Positions 28,878-38,844 of a stretch of 64,000 nucleotides of DNA are shown here, one piece after another. The notes beneath the pieces were generated by a model. The model made no database searches, had not been told where the DNA came from, and was given only the letters and a program-made list of their open reading frames with translations. The translations under genes and the position numbers were made by a program. Every line of letters starts with the position of its first letter. Position 1 is the stretch's first letter. This DNA comes from an uncultured Ruficoccus sp. (GTDB lineage: Bacteria; Verrucomicrobiota; Verrucomicrobiia; Opitutales; Cerasicoccaceae). The stretch covers positions 64,001-128,000 of the forward strand of contig OZ223521.1 in assembly GCA_965140785.1 (NCBI GenBank). Direction: 5' to 3'.

Positions 28878-29702
28878 ATGAAAATACTCCGATGGAAAAA
28901 TATCTGCGAAAATGATGAAAGTCTACATATCGCGACCATTGAAATGGGCAAAACTCGATCCACGGCCATGCACCGCCACGACTTCTATGAGTGCTTTCTG
29001 GTACTTGAAGGGCACGGGCAGCATGTCATGCCCTCCGGCACAGAAATGCTCCAGGCCAACCATCTGTACTTTATCCGTCCGGAGCATTGCCATGCCGTTA
29101 CCGGACAGGCGGACCTCGTGTTTCTCAACATAGCGTTTGAAGCTTCCGTGTTTGAGAAGGCCGAAGCGCTGTCTGTTTTTTCAAGAGCCTGCTGGCCTCC
29201 CGGCCTACCAATAAAAAATCTGAGATTGAGCCAGAACCAGTCCATGGCATTGCGCACCTGTATTGATGACATCGCTGGCCAGCCTGGCCGGCGTAATGCC
29301 GCCTGGCTCCTGCTCAGCTTGGCCCGTATTCTGGATGACCCCGTCTCACGTAAATATTCCAACAATGAAATCCCGGAGTGGATGGCGAATGGACTGAACC
29401 GCGCCATGGACGAGGATGTCCTCAGGCAAGGGGTTGCCGGGCTTACCCTGGCAATGGGCCGGTCGCGTGAACATGTCACCCGCAGTTTTCAAAAATACCT
29501 GAAAATGACTCCCACCCAGTGGCTCAACATCGAGCGCATCAAACACGCCCGGCGGCTCCTGACGACGACACGGTTAAGTGTGATGGAAATTGCGCTCGAA
29601 TGCGGATACGAGAGCCCGAGCCACTTCCACAAGTGCTTTAAGCAGCAAGCCGGGACGTCGCCCTTGAGGTATCGCTCCAAGCTCACCTGCGTGCAGGCAT
29701 AG
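28878..29702 (+). CDS. AraC-family transcriptional regulator with cupin sensing domain
   Basis: HRHDFYE cupin; C-terminal EIALECGYESPSHFHKCFK...GTSPLRYR. Start could also be 28824 or 28860. Confidence 0.9.
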   Translation: MKILRWKNICENDESLHIATIEMGKTRSTAMHRHDFYECFLVLEGHGQHVMPSGTEMLQANHLYFIRPEHCHAVTGQADLVFLNIAFEASVFEKAEALSVFSRACWPPGLPIKNLRLSQNQSMALRTCIDDIAGQPGRRNAAWLLLSLARILDDPVSRKYSNNEIPEWMANGLNRAMDEDVLRQGVAGLTLAMGRSREHVTRSFQKYLKMTPTQWLNIERIKHARRLLTTTRLSVMEIALECGYESPSHFHKCFKQQAGTSPLRYRSKLTCVQA

Positions 29703-29741
29703 ATCAATTACGTATTAGATCGTCCGTACACATCCTAGCTC

Positions 29742-29864
29742 GTGAAACAGACCCTCCTGCTCCCCACCGCGCCGGACGATTCCTGGGCGTTTGCCCGACA
29801 GATCGGCGTCATTCACACGGTGACGAAGACCGCTCCCATGTTGTCCGGTCTGCCCATGCCTTGA
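29742..29864 (+). pseudogene. Probable remnant of a mannonate dehydratase-like gene (N-terminal 40 codons)
   Basis: Manual translation from GTG: MKQTLLLPTAPDDSWAFARQIGVIHTVTKTAPMLSGLPMP*. Resembles the N-terminus (W..ARQxGV) of UxuA-family dehydratases. Confidence 0.45.
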
Positions 29865-30024
29865 CACCCTCTACAACCTAACCCTAAATCGCATCATTAA
29901 CCCGCTTAGACTAACTCTCAACGCGGGACAGTTTGCGTAGGCAGGTCACGGTGCGGTTCTGCTGACATCCATGCCACTTCTCCGACTTGACCCAAAAAAC
30001 TGGCGAGTACTGGAAAGTCTCCAG

Positions 30025-32487
30025 CTAGTAGCTGTCGATTAACGAGTAGGTTGTGAGTAGCTTTCGAGCTTCGGAGGCCAATACTGGTTGATCGAAGTGG
30101 ACCTCAATGGTTCTGTCACGCCCTGGGTAAAGGTCTATGTAATTGTCTGAGCAGCGATGCGGCAGCCCAGGGAAATCGAGCTGTACACAGGCTTGAAAGA
30201 CAGGTGAGTGCAAATGGACGGCGACTGTTATCGAGTCTATTGTTTCACACTCGGCCTCAATGGTCTCCCGTAACAGGCTTAAAAAACGTGGAGAGGTGAA
30301 CAGCCCGGTGCGAATGGAAGGGGGCTGATTCTTCGGGCACAATTCAGCGCGTAGGAAAAGCTCGGCACGGTCATAGGATGTTAACTCGTTACTGAAGTCC
30401 AATCTTTGCTGACAAATGGATTCCCCATGACGCAGGCTAACCTGGCGCGAGCTCTCGCGCAGCACTTTACCCTGCATGGTTTCAAGTGACCAGTACAGCT
30501 CCGCGGTGTCATCATCGGGGGCGTCGTAGACGGTGTGCAGTTCAAAGCCGGTGATGGAATTGCGGCGCGTGTTGTTTTTGCCGAGCGACTCCTCGCCCAC
30601 AAGCTTAACGCTCAGAAGTGCCGGAGCAAAGAAACGCTTGGCCTCGTAGTGAAGCGCTTTCCATTTGCCCGAGTACTCGATGCTGCTCCATGACGCGACC
30701 GGCCAGCAGTCGTTAAGTTGCCAGTAGAGGGCTCCCATCGTGTGGGGCATGCATCGGCGGAAGTGCTCGACACCGACCTTCATGCAGTGGGCCTGGTTGA
30801 GCTGGGACAGGTAGCTCAGGGCCCGGTAGTCGCGGGGGAACCGGAAAAGACGGGAGATGTAGTCAAAGATTATCTGGTTGCCGGCACTGTTTTTCTGGTG
30901 GTTCTCCATCGTCGGGCTGAAGATATTCAGCTCCTCTGGCGGGCAAAAGGTCAGCGCGACTTCGGGCGAGCAATAGGACTGCATCCCAAACTCCGAACAG
31001 AAGCGGAAACGCTTTTTTTCGTATTCGTTGACGGGCTTGCGCATGTGCCATACATCCCAGAAATGGGCATCGCCACCGGCCTCGTTGTTGTGGCCGTGTT
31101 CGTAGCCGTCAGGGTTGTGCGGTGAGGAGGGCCAGTAGGCCGTCTCCGTGTCGTATTCTTTCAATACACGGGGGAGAATGTCGTAAAAAAGGCTTTCGTA
31201 AGCGTGCCGGCGCTCCTCGGTCTGGAGGACGTCCTGGGAGAGTTGTTCGAGCTCGTTGTTACCGCACCACAGGGCCAGGCAGGCATGGTGGCGTAGGCGC
31301 TGGACCTGGCAGACGGCTTCTGCATGGACGTTGTCTAGAAACTCTTTGTCGCCGGGGTACAGCGCACACGCGAACATAAAGTCCTGCCACACGAGCAGAC
31401 CTTTCTCGTCGCACAGGTCGTAGAATGTATCCTGCTCGTAGATGCCGCCGCCCCACACACGAATCATGTTCATATGAGCGGACACAGCGTCGTCGAGCAG
31501 TTGCTCATAGCGTGCGCGGTCCACACGTGTGACAAAAGAGTCCGCCGGAATCCAGTTCGCGCCCTTTGCGAAAAGCGGACGCCCATTGACGACAAACTGA
31601 AAGCTCTCGCCGTGTTCGTCCGGGTGGCGGTCGAGTTCAATCGTGCGCAGCCCGATGCGCCGTTGCCAACTGTCCTGGACTTTCCCGTCGGGGTCGATCC
31701 ACTCCAGTTTGACCTCGTAGAGAGGCTGTTCACCCTGACCGGCAGGCCACCATATTTCGGGAGATTCGATGACTGCGCGGTTATCCTTCACGCTTGCGAT
31801 GTGCTTGCCGCGCAGGGAGATTTCCCCGCGTACGGAGCCGCTATGGGTCCCGGCCATTCTTGGCGTGAGGGTAAGCTCGACCTTATCGGCGGTATGTTTC
31901 TGAACGACCTGCACAGACTCGAAGCGGGTGCCGCTCCATGCCTGCAAAAAGACAGGCTTCCAGATACCAGAGGTGGCCAGACGGGGGCCCCAGTCCCAGC
32001 CAAAGGAGCAGGCTTGCTTGCGAATCCGGGAACTGCCTCCGACTGGGTCACAGGATTCAACCAGTTCCTCACCGTCGAGACGGGTGCGGATGTATTTCAT
32101 CGGGCTTGAGAAGTGAATCTCAAGCCGGTTGGTTCCTTTTTTGAGGGAGGCTTTAACGTCAAAGCGGTGCTCGATGAACATGTTATCCACCGTGGCGATC
32201 TCTGTGCCGTTGAGCGAGAGCCGGGCCACGGTATCCAGACCTGGGGCACACAGCTCGATGTGTTCCCTTTGCCAGATTTCATCGCCCGGCGTGAAGTCCA
32301 GGCGATAGACCCAGTCCTTTTCTTCGAGGGGTTGCAGGAGGCGCTCATTGCTCCCCCAAAATGGGTCGGGAATAAGTCCGTGGCGTTGGAGGTCGATGTG
32401 GACGCAGCCGGGCACTTCGGCATCCCGCCAGTGCGTGTCGGCAGCGTCGCGGAACAACCATCCATGGTCGAGTTGTTGTATGTCCAT
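30025..32487 (-). CDS. GH2 beta-mannosidase-like glycoside hydrolase
   Basis: RKQACSFGWDWGP; KGANWIP; NMIRVWGGGIYE; VWQDFMFAC; LWCGNNE; RFCSEFG; YWQLNDCWP. Confidence 0.92.
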   Translation of the reverse strand: MDIQQLDHGWLFRDAADTHWRDAEVPGCVHIDLQRHGLIPDPFWGSNERLLQPLEEKDWVYRLDFTPGDEIWQREHIELCAPGLDTVARLSLNGTEIATVDNMFIEHRFDVKASLKKGTNRLEIHFSSPMKYIRTRLDGEELVESCDPVGGSSRIRKQACSFGWDWGPRLATSGIWKPVFLQAWSGTRFESVQVVQKHTADKVELTLTPRMAGTHSGSVRGEISLRGKHIASVKDNRAVIESPEIWWPAGQGEQPLYEVKLEWIDPDGKVQDSWQRRIGLRTIELDRHPDEHGESFQFVVNGRPLFAKGANWIPADSFVTRVDRARYEQLLDDAVSAHMNMIRVWGGGIYEQDTFYDLCDEKGLLVWQDFMFACALYPGDKEFLDNVHAEAVCQVQRLRHHACLALWCGNNELEQLSQDVLQTEERRHAYESLFYDILPRVLKEYDTETAYWPSSPHNPDGYEHGHNNEAGGDAHFWDVWHMRKPVNEYEKKRFRFCSEFGMQSYCSPEVALTFCPPEELNIFSPTMENHQKNSAGNQIIFDYISRLFRFPRDYRALSYLSQLNQAHCMKVGVEHFRRCMPHTMGALYWQLNDCWPVASWSSIEYSGKWKALHYEAKRFFAPALLSVKLVGEESLGKNNTRRNSITGFELHTVYDAPDDDTAELYWSLETMQGKVLRESSRQVSLRHGESICQQRLDFSNELTSYDRAELFLRAELCPKNQPPSIRTGLFTSPRFLSLLRETIEAECETIDSITVAVHLHSPVFQACVQLDFPGLPHRCSDNYIDLYPGRDRTIEVHFDQPVLASEARKLLTTYSLIDSY

Positions 32488-32495
32488 GGTTGTGA

Positions 32496-33845
32496 CTATC
32501 CGGCCAGGCAACTGAGGATGGAGTGGGGCGGAAGCACCAGATTGGCTTCCGTACCCGGAGTGAAGAGCTTGAGCTTTCTTTCACGTTCAGTCGGGTTCAT
32601 GGCGACGACAGCACACGAGCCGTCTTCATTTTTAGCAGCGGTGGCTAGCAAATCGTCATGCGTCGTTGCACACAGTATTCGGTGAGCTCCCGGGCGGATA
32701 AAGCGGGAAACGTGTCCGAGGGCCAGCCAGGAAGCCTGTTTGTGCACGGTACCGTTTTGGGTTTCCACGATGAGGGGAGCGCTGCAAAAGTTACTCACGT
32801 GGTTGGGGCCGCCGCTTTCGTTGAGCAGGAGATTCCAATCAAACCATCCCTCCGTCCAGGCGTTGAGGTCCATAATGATCGATCGCGCGTAGCGCTCACC
32901 GGTGGCCCAGGAATTCAGGTGGGTGCCGAACTCCTGGCAGCCCTCGGTAAAGATCAGGTGCTTGTCTGGCCAGCAGTCATGATGCAGCCGTACGTTGTCG
33001 AACTTGTCCTGCATATACCAGTGGAAGCCGGTACCCCAAATATAGCGGCTGGCTTCGGGATCGCAGTAGGCGGTCTGAGCGCGGTGAATGAGCTTATCCC
33101 GGTTGTGGTCCCAGATAATGATTTTCACGTTACCGAGCCCGGCTTCTTGCAGGGTTGGCCCCAGATAGTCGCGGACGAAGTCGCGTTCCTCCTCCGCGGA
33201 GTAGACACAAGAGTCCCAGCTTTGAACCGCGTCGGGCTCATTCTGGACGGTGACCGCCCATATCGGTAGCCCCTCCTCGGCGTAGGCCTGGATGAAGCGG
33301 ACGTAGTAGTCCGCCCAGGTCTGGAAATACTCGGGCTTGAGCTTACCGCCTTCGTTCATCTTGCCGGTTGTTTTCATCCAGGCGGGCGGACTCCAGGGAG
33401 AAGCCATTATTTTCAAGGCACCCCCTGCAAGCTTTTGGGCCCGCTTGAGGGTGGGGATGATATTTTGCTTATCCCTGTCTATGTTAAAGGACTTGAGCTC
33501 TGTATCGCCCGGTTCCTCTGCACAGGCGTAATTTCCCAGAGAAAAGTCGCAACTGTTGAGTGAGACGCGGCAGAGCGTGTATCCATGACCGTTGCGGGGG
33601 CAGAAATACTCCTCCAGAATGCGGGACTGCTCCTGCTCGGGTAAGGTGGCGAGGGTGACGGCGGCGGCTTCGGTCATCGCCCCACCAAACCCCAGTATCT
33701 GCTGAAACTTCTGATCAGGGTCGATGAATATCGATGCGCCGGGGAAACCCTTGCGCGGGTTAATGGGAGCGGGAGGAATCTCCGTCAGCGCGTGTTTCCA
33801 GTCGTTGGCGCTGAGCCAGAGTTTCCAGTTCTGTGCGTTTGTCAT
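32496..33845 (-). CDS. GH30 glycoside hydrolase (glucosylceramidase-like subfamily)
   Basis: FQQILGFGGA; ASPWSPPAWMK; TVQNEP; FTEGC; DWNLLL...GGPNH. Confidence 0.92.
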   Translation of the reverse strand: MTNAQNWKLWLSANDWKHALTEIPPAPINPRKGFPGASIFIDPDQKFQQILGFGGAMTEAAAVTLATLPEQEQSRILEEYFCPRNGHGYTLCRVSLNSCDFSLGNYACAEEPGDTELKSFNIDRDKQNIIPTLKRAQKLAGGALKIMASPWSPPAWMKTTGKMNEGGKLKPEYFQTWADYYVRFIQAYAEEGLPIWAVTVQNEPDAVQSWDSCVYSAEEERDFVRDYLGPTLQEAGLGNVKIIIWDHNRDKLIHRAQTAYCDPEASRYIWGTGFHWYMQDKFDNVRLHHDCWPDKHLIFTEGCQEFGTHLNSWATGERYARSIIMDLNAWTEGWFDWNLLLNESGGPNHVSNFCSAPLIVETQNGTVHKQASWLALGHVSRFIRPGAHRILCATTHDDLLATAAKNEDGSCAVVAMNPTERERKLKLFTPGTEANLVLPPHSILSCLAG

Positions 33846-33865
33846 GAGTCGAACGATTTAACGCT

Positions 33866-36800
33866 TTATTGTGTGAGTTGGACGGCGCCCCAGCTCTCCG
33901 GTCGGGTCTGGATGGCGTTGCTTTTCCGGCGCGGCCAGTAGACTTCGCGGTCACCGTCCGTGCCCTTTACGCTGAGATTCAGGTTAATGCCCCATACGGC
34001 ACCGGCTTTGGGGGCACCGCCTTGAATATCTTTCCATGGAATGACGAACTCCATCAGGTAGCCAGTCTCAGTGGCCCGTGAGTATGCGTGAACCATGGGG
34101 ATGTCTTGGCGGGTGTCTTCGAGTTCGTTGCCGCGCTTCCACTGGCCCAGGTACACGCTTCCACTCTCCGGCTGGGGGACGAGCCAGAACTGATGGTCGC
34201 CCGGCCCGTACTCGGTCGCTTTCTTGTCGTTGTCGGTGTCGATGAAAAGCTCCAGTGCATCCGTGCGCCAGAAGTAGCGAGGGTCGGCGACCTGGACCTT
34301 GGAGTCGTCCACGACGAGTGCTCCCCACAGCCCCTGCTCCGTCCAGCCCAGCCAAACCTGTGCGCGAGGCTCTCCGTAGGTGGAGCCGAGCATCCACTGG
34401 GGCAGTTTGTTCTTGGCGGGCCAGGCTTCGGGGTTGCCCTTAAACCAACCCGGTGAGGGCACCTTGTTTAAATGAATGAAAGGAGGGATGATCGGCTCGG
34501 CGATGCGAACGCCGGGGGAGCTGACCACAACTTCTGCGATTTCGCCCTCGGGGATCTCGTCGCTCCACTCGAGGCTGAGTGTGACTTCGCGGCTCTCCTC
34601 CGGCTTGAGCTCGCTGATGGTCTGTGTCGATGAAAGAGCTTTCCAGCTCTTGGGCAGCGAAAGGGCTATCTGCGGGTTCTGGGTGACGTTGCCCTGGTTT
34701 TCAACCGTAGCGGTGATTTCGACCGGCCCCTGCTTGAGGGGGACGGAGCCCACCGTCAGATAGTACGGCTCGAGCACATTGGCTTGCAAGTACAGGGTGG
34801 TGAGCAGTTTGTCGTTTTCGCTGACATCTACCGCCAGGGGGAGGACGCCGGTTTTTTCATCTTCGGGGATATGAAAGGATAGCTCGACGAGCTTGGATTC
34901 ACCGGCAGGTACGTCGACGGCGACACGGGGGCTATCCGCTGTCCAGCCCGTCGGCAATTTCAGAGACAGGCTGGATTGCAGGGGTTGGTCATTGCGATTG
35001 GTCACTTGCACCACCACCTTCGATTTTTCTCCGGCGGTGACGGACATGTAGTGGTGAGAGTACAGCGCGTATGCGGACTTGCGCATGAGGATGGATTTCT
35101 CGGACAGTCCGACAGCATACACGGGGGAAATACTCAGAGTGGCCTTAGTGCCAGCCAGCGGGTTGGCGTAGCGGTCGTAGAGTTTTACGCCGGGGCCGAA
35201 ATCGAGCTCGATCGCATCATCTCCGGCTGCGATACGCCAGGCGGCGGCGATGTACTGGCCGTTTTCCTTGAAAATGTAGCCTTGGGTATCAGGGCCGACG
35301 TTGAACTCGCCGACGCAATTCAGACTGGGCAGCAGGTGGGTGATTCCGGCCATGGTGCACAGCGAAGGCTTCGGCTCTTTGCGGTCAGTCATCAGGCCGC
35401 ACCCGTCAAAGAATTGGCTGGGGGTCGGGCTGTCAAAGTGCCAATACCAGAAGGCCCGATCGACACCGGAGGCGGTTAGCATCATGTAGGCCCGCGGAAG
35501 ATAGGCGGCCTGTTGCTCCTCGCTCACGATAAAACCGGCCAGCGTGTCCCAGCCGAACTCGGTGATAAAGACCTCGCGTTCCTTGCCATCCTTGTTGGCG
35601 ATTTTCACGACATCACTGACTTTATCGCGGAACATCCCCGCCTTGCGACCACCGCTGCCGGTGTTGTAGTTGCGCACGTTGATCTCCGGCGCATCAACCC
35701 CACAGTAGTGGTGAAAGTTGATCACGTCGATGTTGGCGAACGAGCCGTCGTCGATGGCGGCTTCCACCAGGTCGGGGCGAATCCCGTGTCGTCCGTTTTC
35801 GACCGCTTTGAGTTCACCATGCCCGAGGTAGGCCAGGCCGTCACCGAAGGTCTTGTGGTAGTCCTCATAGTGGGACCAGTGAATGGCGTTTTCGGCGTGT
35901 TTGACGTCCGATTTGAGTGCGTACTCGTTGTCTAATTCCCAGTAAACCAAGTCCGGGAAGCCGCTAAGCACGTCGGCCAGATGGGAGGTCCACTCCCGGT
36001 CCGCCGGGATATTATTCTCGACTTTTCCCTCTACGATTTCGGTCTTGGGGATGGAGCGTACGAGCACGGGCATGACCATCGCACCGGCATCTCTATAGGT
36101 CTGCATGATGCCGGGATAGCCGGGCCATCCGGCAAAGTTATGATTCGCACCTTTGGCGCGCTTGAGCCAGCTCCAGGTAAACGCGTAGTCGCGGAACCAG
36201 ACAATGCCCGCCTCGCGGAAGGGGGTCAGGAAAAGACCATGACCGGCGTGGTAGTTCATGCCGTAGGGGGACGCCAGCTTTTGCTCGACGGTCAGGTCGT
36301 GTGGCTTGGGAGCTTTGGCGAAGCGTAAATACATGTGCTGGGTGTCTCCACCTGCGCGCTCAAGCTTCAGGTCCGCACGGTAGGGGCCGTAGGCTTTGAC
36401 CGGAGGCTTCCAGCTTATACTGCCAACGGCATCCACGCTTTGCTGCTGCACATCCTCATAGATGACGTTACCGGATTCGTCCTGAACGGAAATCGTTGCG
36501 CGCACTAGCGCTGGATCTGGCCGCCAATTGCGCAGGGCAAGAATCAGCTCCGGCTCAGTACCGGCGAAGAAATGGCCCGGCACGGAAGAGGTCAGATTCG
36601 CCTCAAACAGCGGAGTATCCGGGAGTGTCGCGTCTTTGTGCTTGCCGCTCGGATCGGGTTTCCAGTCCAGATAGGCCCCTGTTTCGGGGTTCGCCCGCGA
36701 GAGATCGGTTTCAACGCTGATGCCACGCAGCCCGATCTTGACGTCCGTCTTTTTGTTGCGAGTGCCGTAGTTGTGAAAAACAAAGCCTTGGATAGCTACG

Positions 36801-37246
36801 GGTTGGGCGACATCATCGGGGACCTCAATGTCGATGGTTTCCCAGGTGTCGGGCGGAAAACGCGGGAAGTCGTACTCCTTCCACACGCCATAGGCGTCGC
36901 GCAGTACGAGCTTACTGCCGGCTCCAGGGTTGCTCATGTTAATGCGTACGCTGACTTTCTTTAGCTGGCCGGGGATCGTGATCGGAGTGACCGGCTCAAT
37001 CCGCAGATATTGAAAGCCTTTCCCGGAGAAGGGAATCTGGACCTCCATCCCGAACCCGTCGAGCGGAACAAACTCTGCCGATGCCCGGGTATCTCGGCCT
37101 ACTTTCCAGTCCTGCGGAGAAAAATTCTCGATGACCTTGGTGGAGAGACTATCTGAGTCGGCGGCATGTATGGGATGGCTGAAAGCCAGCAGTGCGCCAG
37201 CGAGGACGGCCAATACGGACATAGACGGATGGGGTTTTTGAGGCAT
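33866..37246 (-). CDS. Large secreted multidomain protein: GH-A/GH39-like TIM barrel + NEW3-like Ig domains + CBM9-like sugar-binding domain
   Basis: Signal peptide; YWELDNE and FITEFGW; LKLPTGWT / LSLPKSWK repeats; C-terminal WRTDALELFID...GYLMEFVIPW. Confidence 0.7.
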   Translation of the reverse strand: MPQKPHPSMSVLAVLAGALLAFSHPIHAADSDSLSTKVIENFSPQDWKVGRDTRASAEFVPLDGFGMEVQIPFSGKGFQYLRIEPVTPITIPGQLKKVSVRINMSNPGAGSKLVLRDAYGVWKEYDFPRFPPDTWETIDIEVPDDVAQPVAIQGFVFHNYGTRNKKTDVKIGLRGISVETDLSRANPETGAYLDWKPDPSGKHKDATLPDTPLFEANLTSSVPGHFFAGTEPELILALRNWRPDPALVRATISVQDESGNVIYEDVQQQSVDAVGSISWKPPVKAYGPYRADLKLERAGGDTQHMYLRFAKAPKPHDLTVEQKLASPYGMNYHAGHGLFLTPFREAGIVWFRDYAFTWSWLKRAKGANHNFAGWPGYPGIMQTYRDAGAMVMPVLVRSIPKTEIVEGKVENNIPADREWTSHLADVLSGFPDLVYWELDNEYALKSDVKHAENAIHWSHYEDYHKTFGDGLAYLGHGELKAVENGRHGIRPDLVEAAIDDGSFANIDVINFHHYCGVDAPEINVRNYNTGSGGRKAGMFRDKVSDVVKIANKDGKEREVFITEFGWDTLAGFIVSEEQQAAYLPRAYMMLTASGVDRAFWYWHFDSPTPSQFFDGCGLMTDRKEPKPSLCTMAGITHLLPSLNCVGEFNVGPDTQGYIFKENGQYIAAAWRIAAGDDAIELDFGPGVKLYDRYANPLAGTKATLSISPVYAVGLSEKSILMRKSAYALYSHHYMSVTAGEKSKVVVQVTNRNDQPLQSSLSLKLPTGWTADSPRVAVDVPAGESKLVELSFHIPEDEKTGVLPLAVDVSENDKLLTTLYLQANVLEPYYLTVGSVPLKQGPVEITATVENQGNVTQNPQIALSLPKSWKALSSTQTISELKPEESREVTLSLEWSDEIPEGEIAEVVVSSPGVRIAEPIIPPFIHLNKVPSPGWFKGNPEAWPAKNKLPQWMLGSTYGEPRAQVWLGWTEQGLWGALVVDDSKVQVADPRYFWRTDALELFIDTDNDKKATEYGPGDHQFWLVPQPESGSVYLGQWKRGNELEDTRQDIPMVHAYSRATETGYLMEFVIPWKDIQGGAPKAGAVWGINLNLSVKGTDGDREVYWPRRKSNAIQTRPESWGAVQLTQ

Positions 37247-37384
37247 GATAGAGGTATCAGGCTAAGGGTTCTGTCTGCTGAGAAATGTCAAATATCCAGT
37301 ACCAACGCAATCTCTGCGATGGCACCAGCCCATATCTCGGAAGGGGATGACTTTCCGATATGATTTATGGTCAGCGAATCGCCC

Positions 37385-38377
37385 TCAAGACGCGCGGTCC
37401 TGCCACTGGGGATGCGGCTCGTAGGCAGTGCTGTGCACGATCGATCGGTGCCCGACGCTGATGTCTCCACCGCTGCGAAGCTTGTACAAGCGCACCGTTT
37501 CATCCACGATTTTATCCCAGGGGATGCACATGCCGTCCAGCTTCAGTGTTTCCATGACGTCGCTGTCCCCGTAGGTGACAACCGGTACGGCGTTCCCAAG
37601 CTTTGCCCGCAGTGCGCGTGCGGCGGAGTCTGTGACCGTGAATGCCGCATCAAACTTCCGGGACTGCAGGTCGTTTAGCGAGGCCATCGCAGCCTCATAG
37701 GACCAGTCCGCTTGATAAAGAACGTGAAAATTGGGATAAACTTGCCTGAAGCCTTCAAGTTGATGGATGTACTGCCCGTTATTCCTCTGGCCTGCCAACA
37801 CCAGTATCTTTCGGGCACGATAACGCTTGTTGAGTATCTGAGCGCAGTGCCGCCCGGCCGCTTTGTGGTCTACGGAAATACAGTCGGTGAAAACGGCGTT
37901 GAGGCCGTCCTCGGGCGTGGCATCGATCATAAGACTGTAGTTGAGGTGGGAATACAACTTGCGCAGGTCGTACTCGCGTCCCCATACGATATTATATTTC
38001 CCTCCCATGTATTGGTCAAAACTTACACCTTGGACTAACTCATACGAAATCTGCTCGTGATCGAAACGGTTTTTGAGCTTTTCCAGAAGAATGCCCCCGA
38101 AATTATTCTTAAGGGTATTCGGGTGAAAGACCAGAGCAACGCCGTCGGGCAAAGGAGAGCGGGCCACATAGGTCCCCGAAGAGGGGATGCGGTGCAACCA
38201 GCCCTCGTCGGTCAACTCCGAGATTAGCCGATGAGCCGTCTGGTACGAGACTCCTAAGCGGATCGATAGCTCGCGGTTGGACATGAAGCGGCTACCGGGA
38301 CGACAAAAACCAAAGTTGAGCCGTTCGATGAGTTCTTTTTTGATCGTGTGGATACGGTTGCTACGGGTTCTGGCCAT
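37385..38377 (-). CDS. GntR-type winged-helix regulator with a LacI-like substrate-binding domain
   Basis: SNRELSIRLGVSYQTAHRLISELTDEGWLHRIPSSGTYV, followed by a periplasmic-binding-like domain. Confidence 0.85.
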   Translation of the reverse strand: MARTRSNRIHTIKKELIERLNFGFCRPGSRFMSNRELSIRLGVSYQTAHRLISELTDEGWLHRIPSSGTYVARSPLPDGVALVFHPNTLKNNFGGILLEKLKNRFDHEQISYELVQGVSFDQYMGGKYNIVWGREYDLRKLYSHLNYSLMIDATPEDGLNAVFTDCISVDHKAAGRHCAQILNKRYRARKILVLAGQRNNGQYIHQLEGFRQVYPNFHVLYQADWSYEAAMASLNDLQSRKFDAAFTVTDSAARALRAKLGNAVPVVTYGDSDVMETLKLDGMCIPWDKIVDETVRLYKLRSGGDISVGHRSIVHSTAYEPHPQWQDRAS

Positions 38378-38844
38378 GGTACTCGGGGGTAAGGGTTATG
38401 CTAAAACTCACGCCATCGTGCGTCGGCGGAGTTTGAGGAGGTAGGCGTTGTTTAACTTCTAGGCATAGCCTGACTATCACAAAAATCAAACGCATTGCTA
38501 TGAGTTGGGTAGCCGGAAGGGAAGTGTACCTTATTTTCGATATCTTATAAAATTAACGTAAATCGTTTTTTTTGTCTTTTATAAGGTGTTATTTATAAGG
38601 ATATTGCGTGTTATCCTTTCCGGGAGTTGGAGACGTTTTTGTCTGCCAGCTTTAAAAAAAGATAGACGATTAGGTTTATGTAAGGATGAGTGTTGTATGA
38701 ATGTAAGTAGTTGACTATGTATTATTAAAGTGTTGTGTTGCACGCTCGCGCATTGATATGCGCAAAATACTTATTGGAGTGGGGCACTGGGTGGGGTAGT
38801 GTCTCCTTAATTCACCAATACTAACCCCTTATCACCTGTACTCC

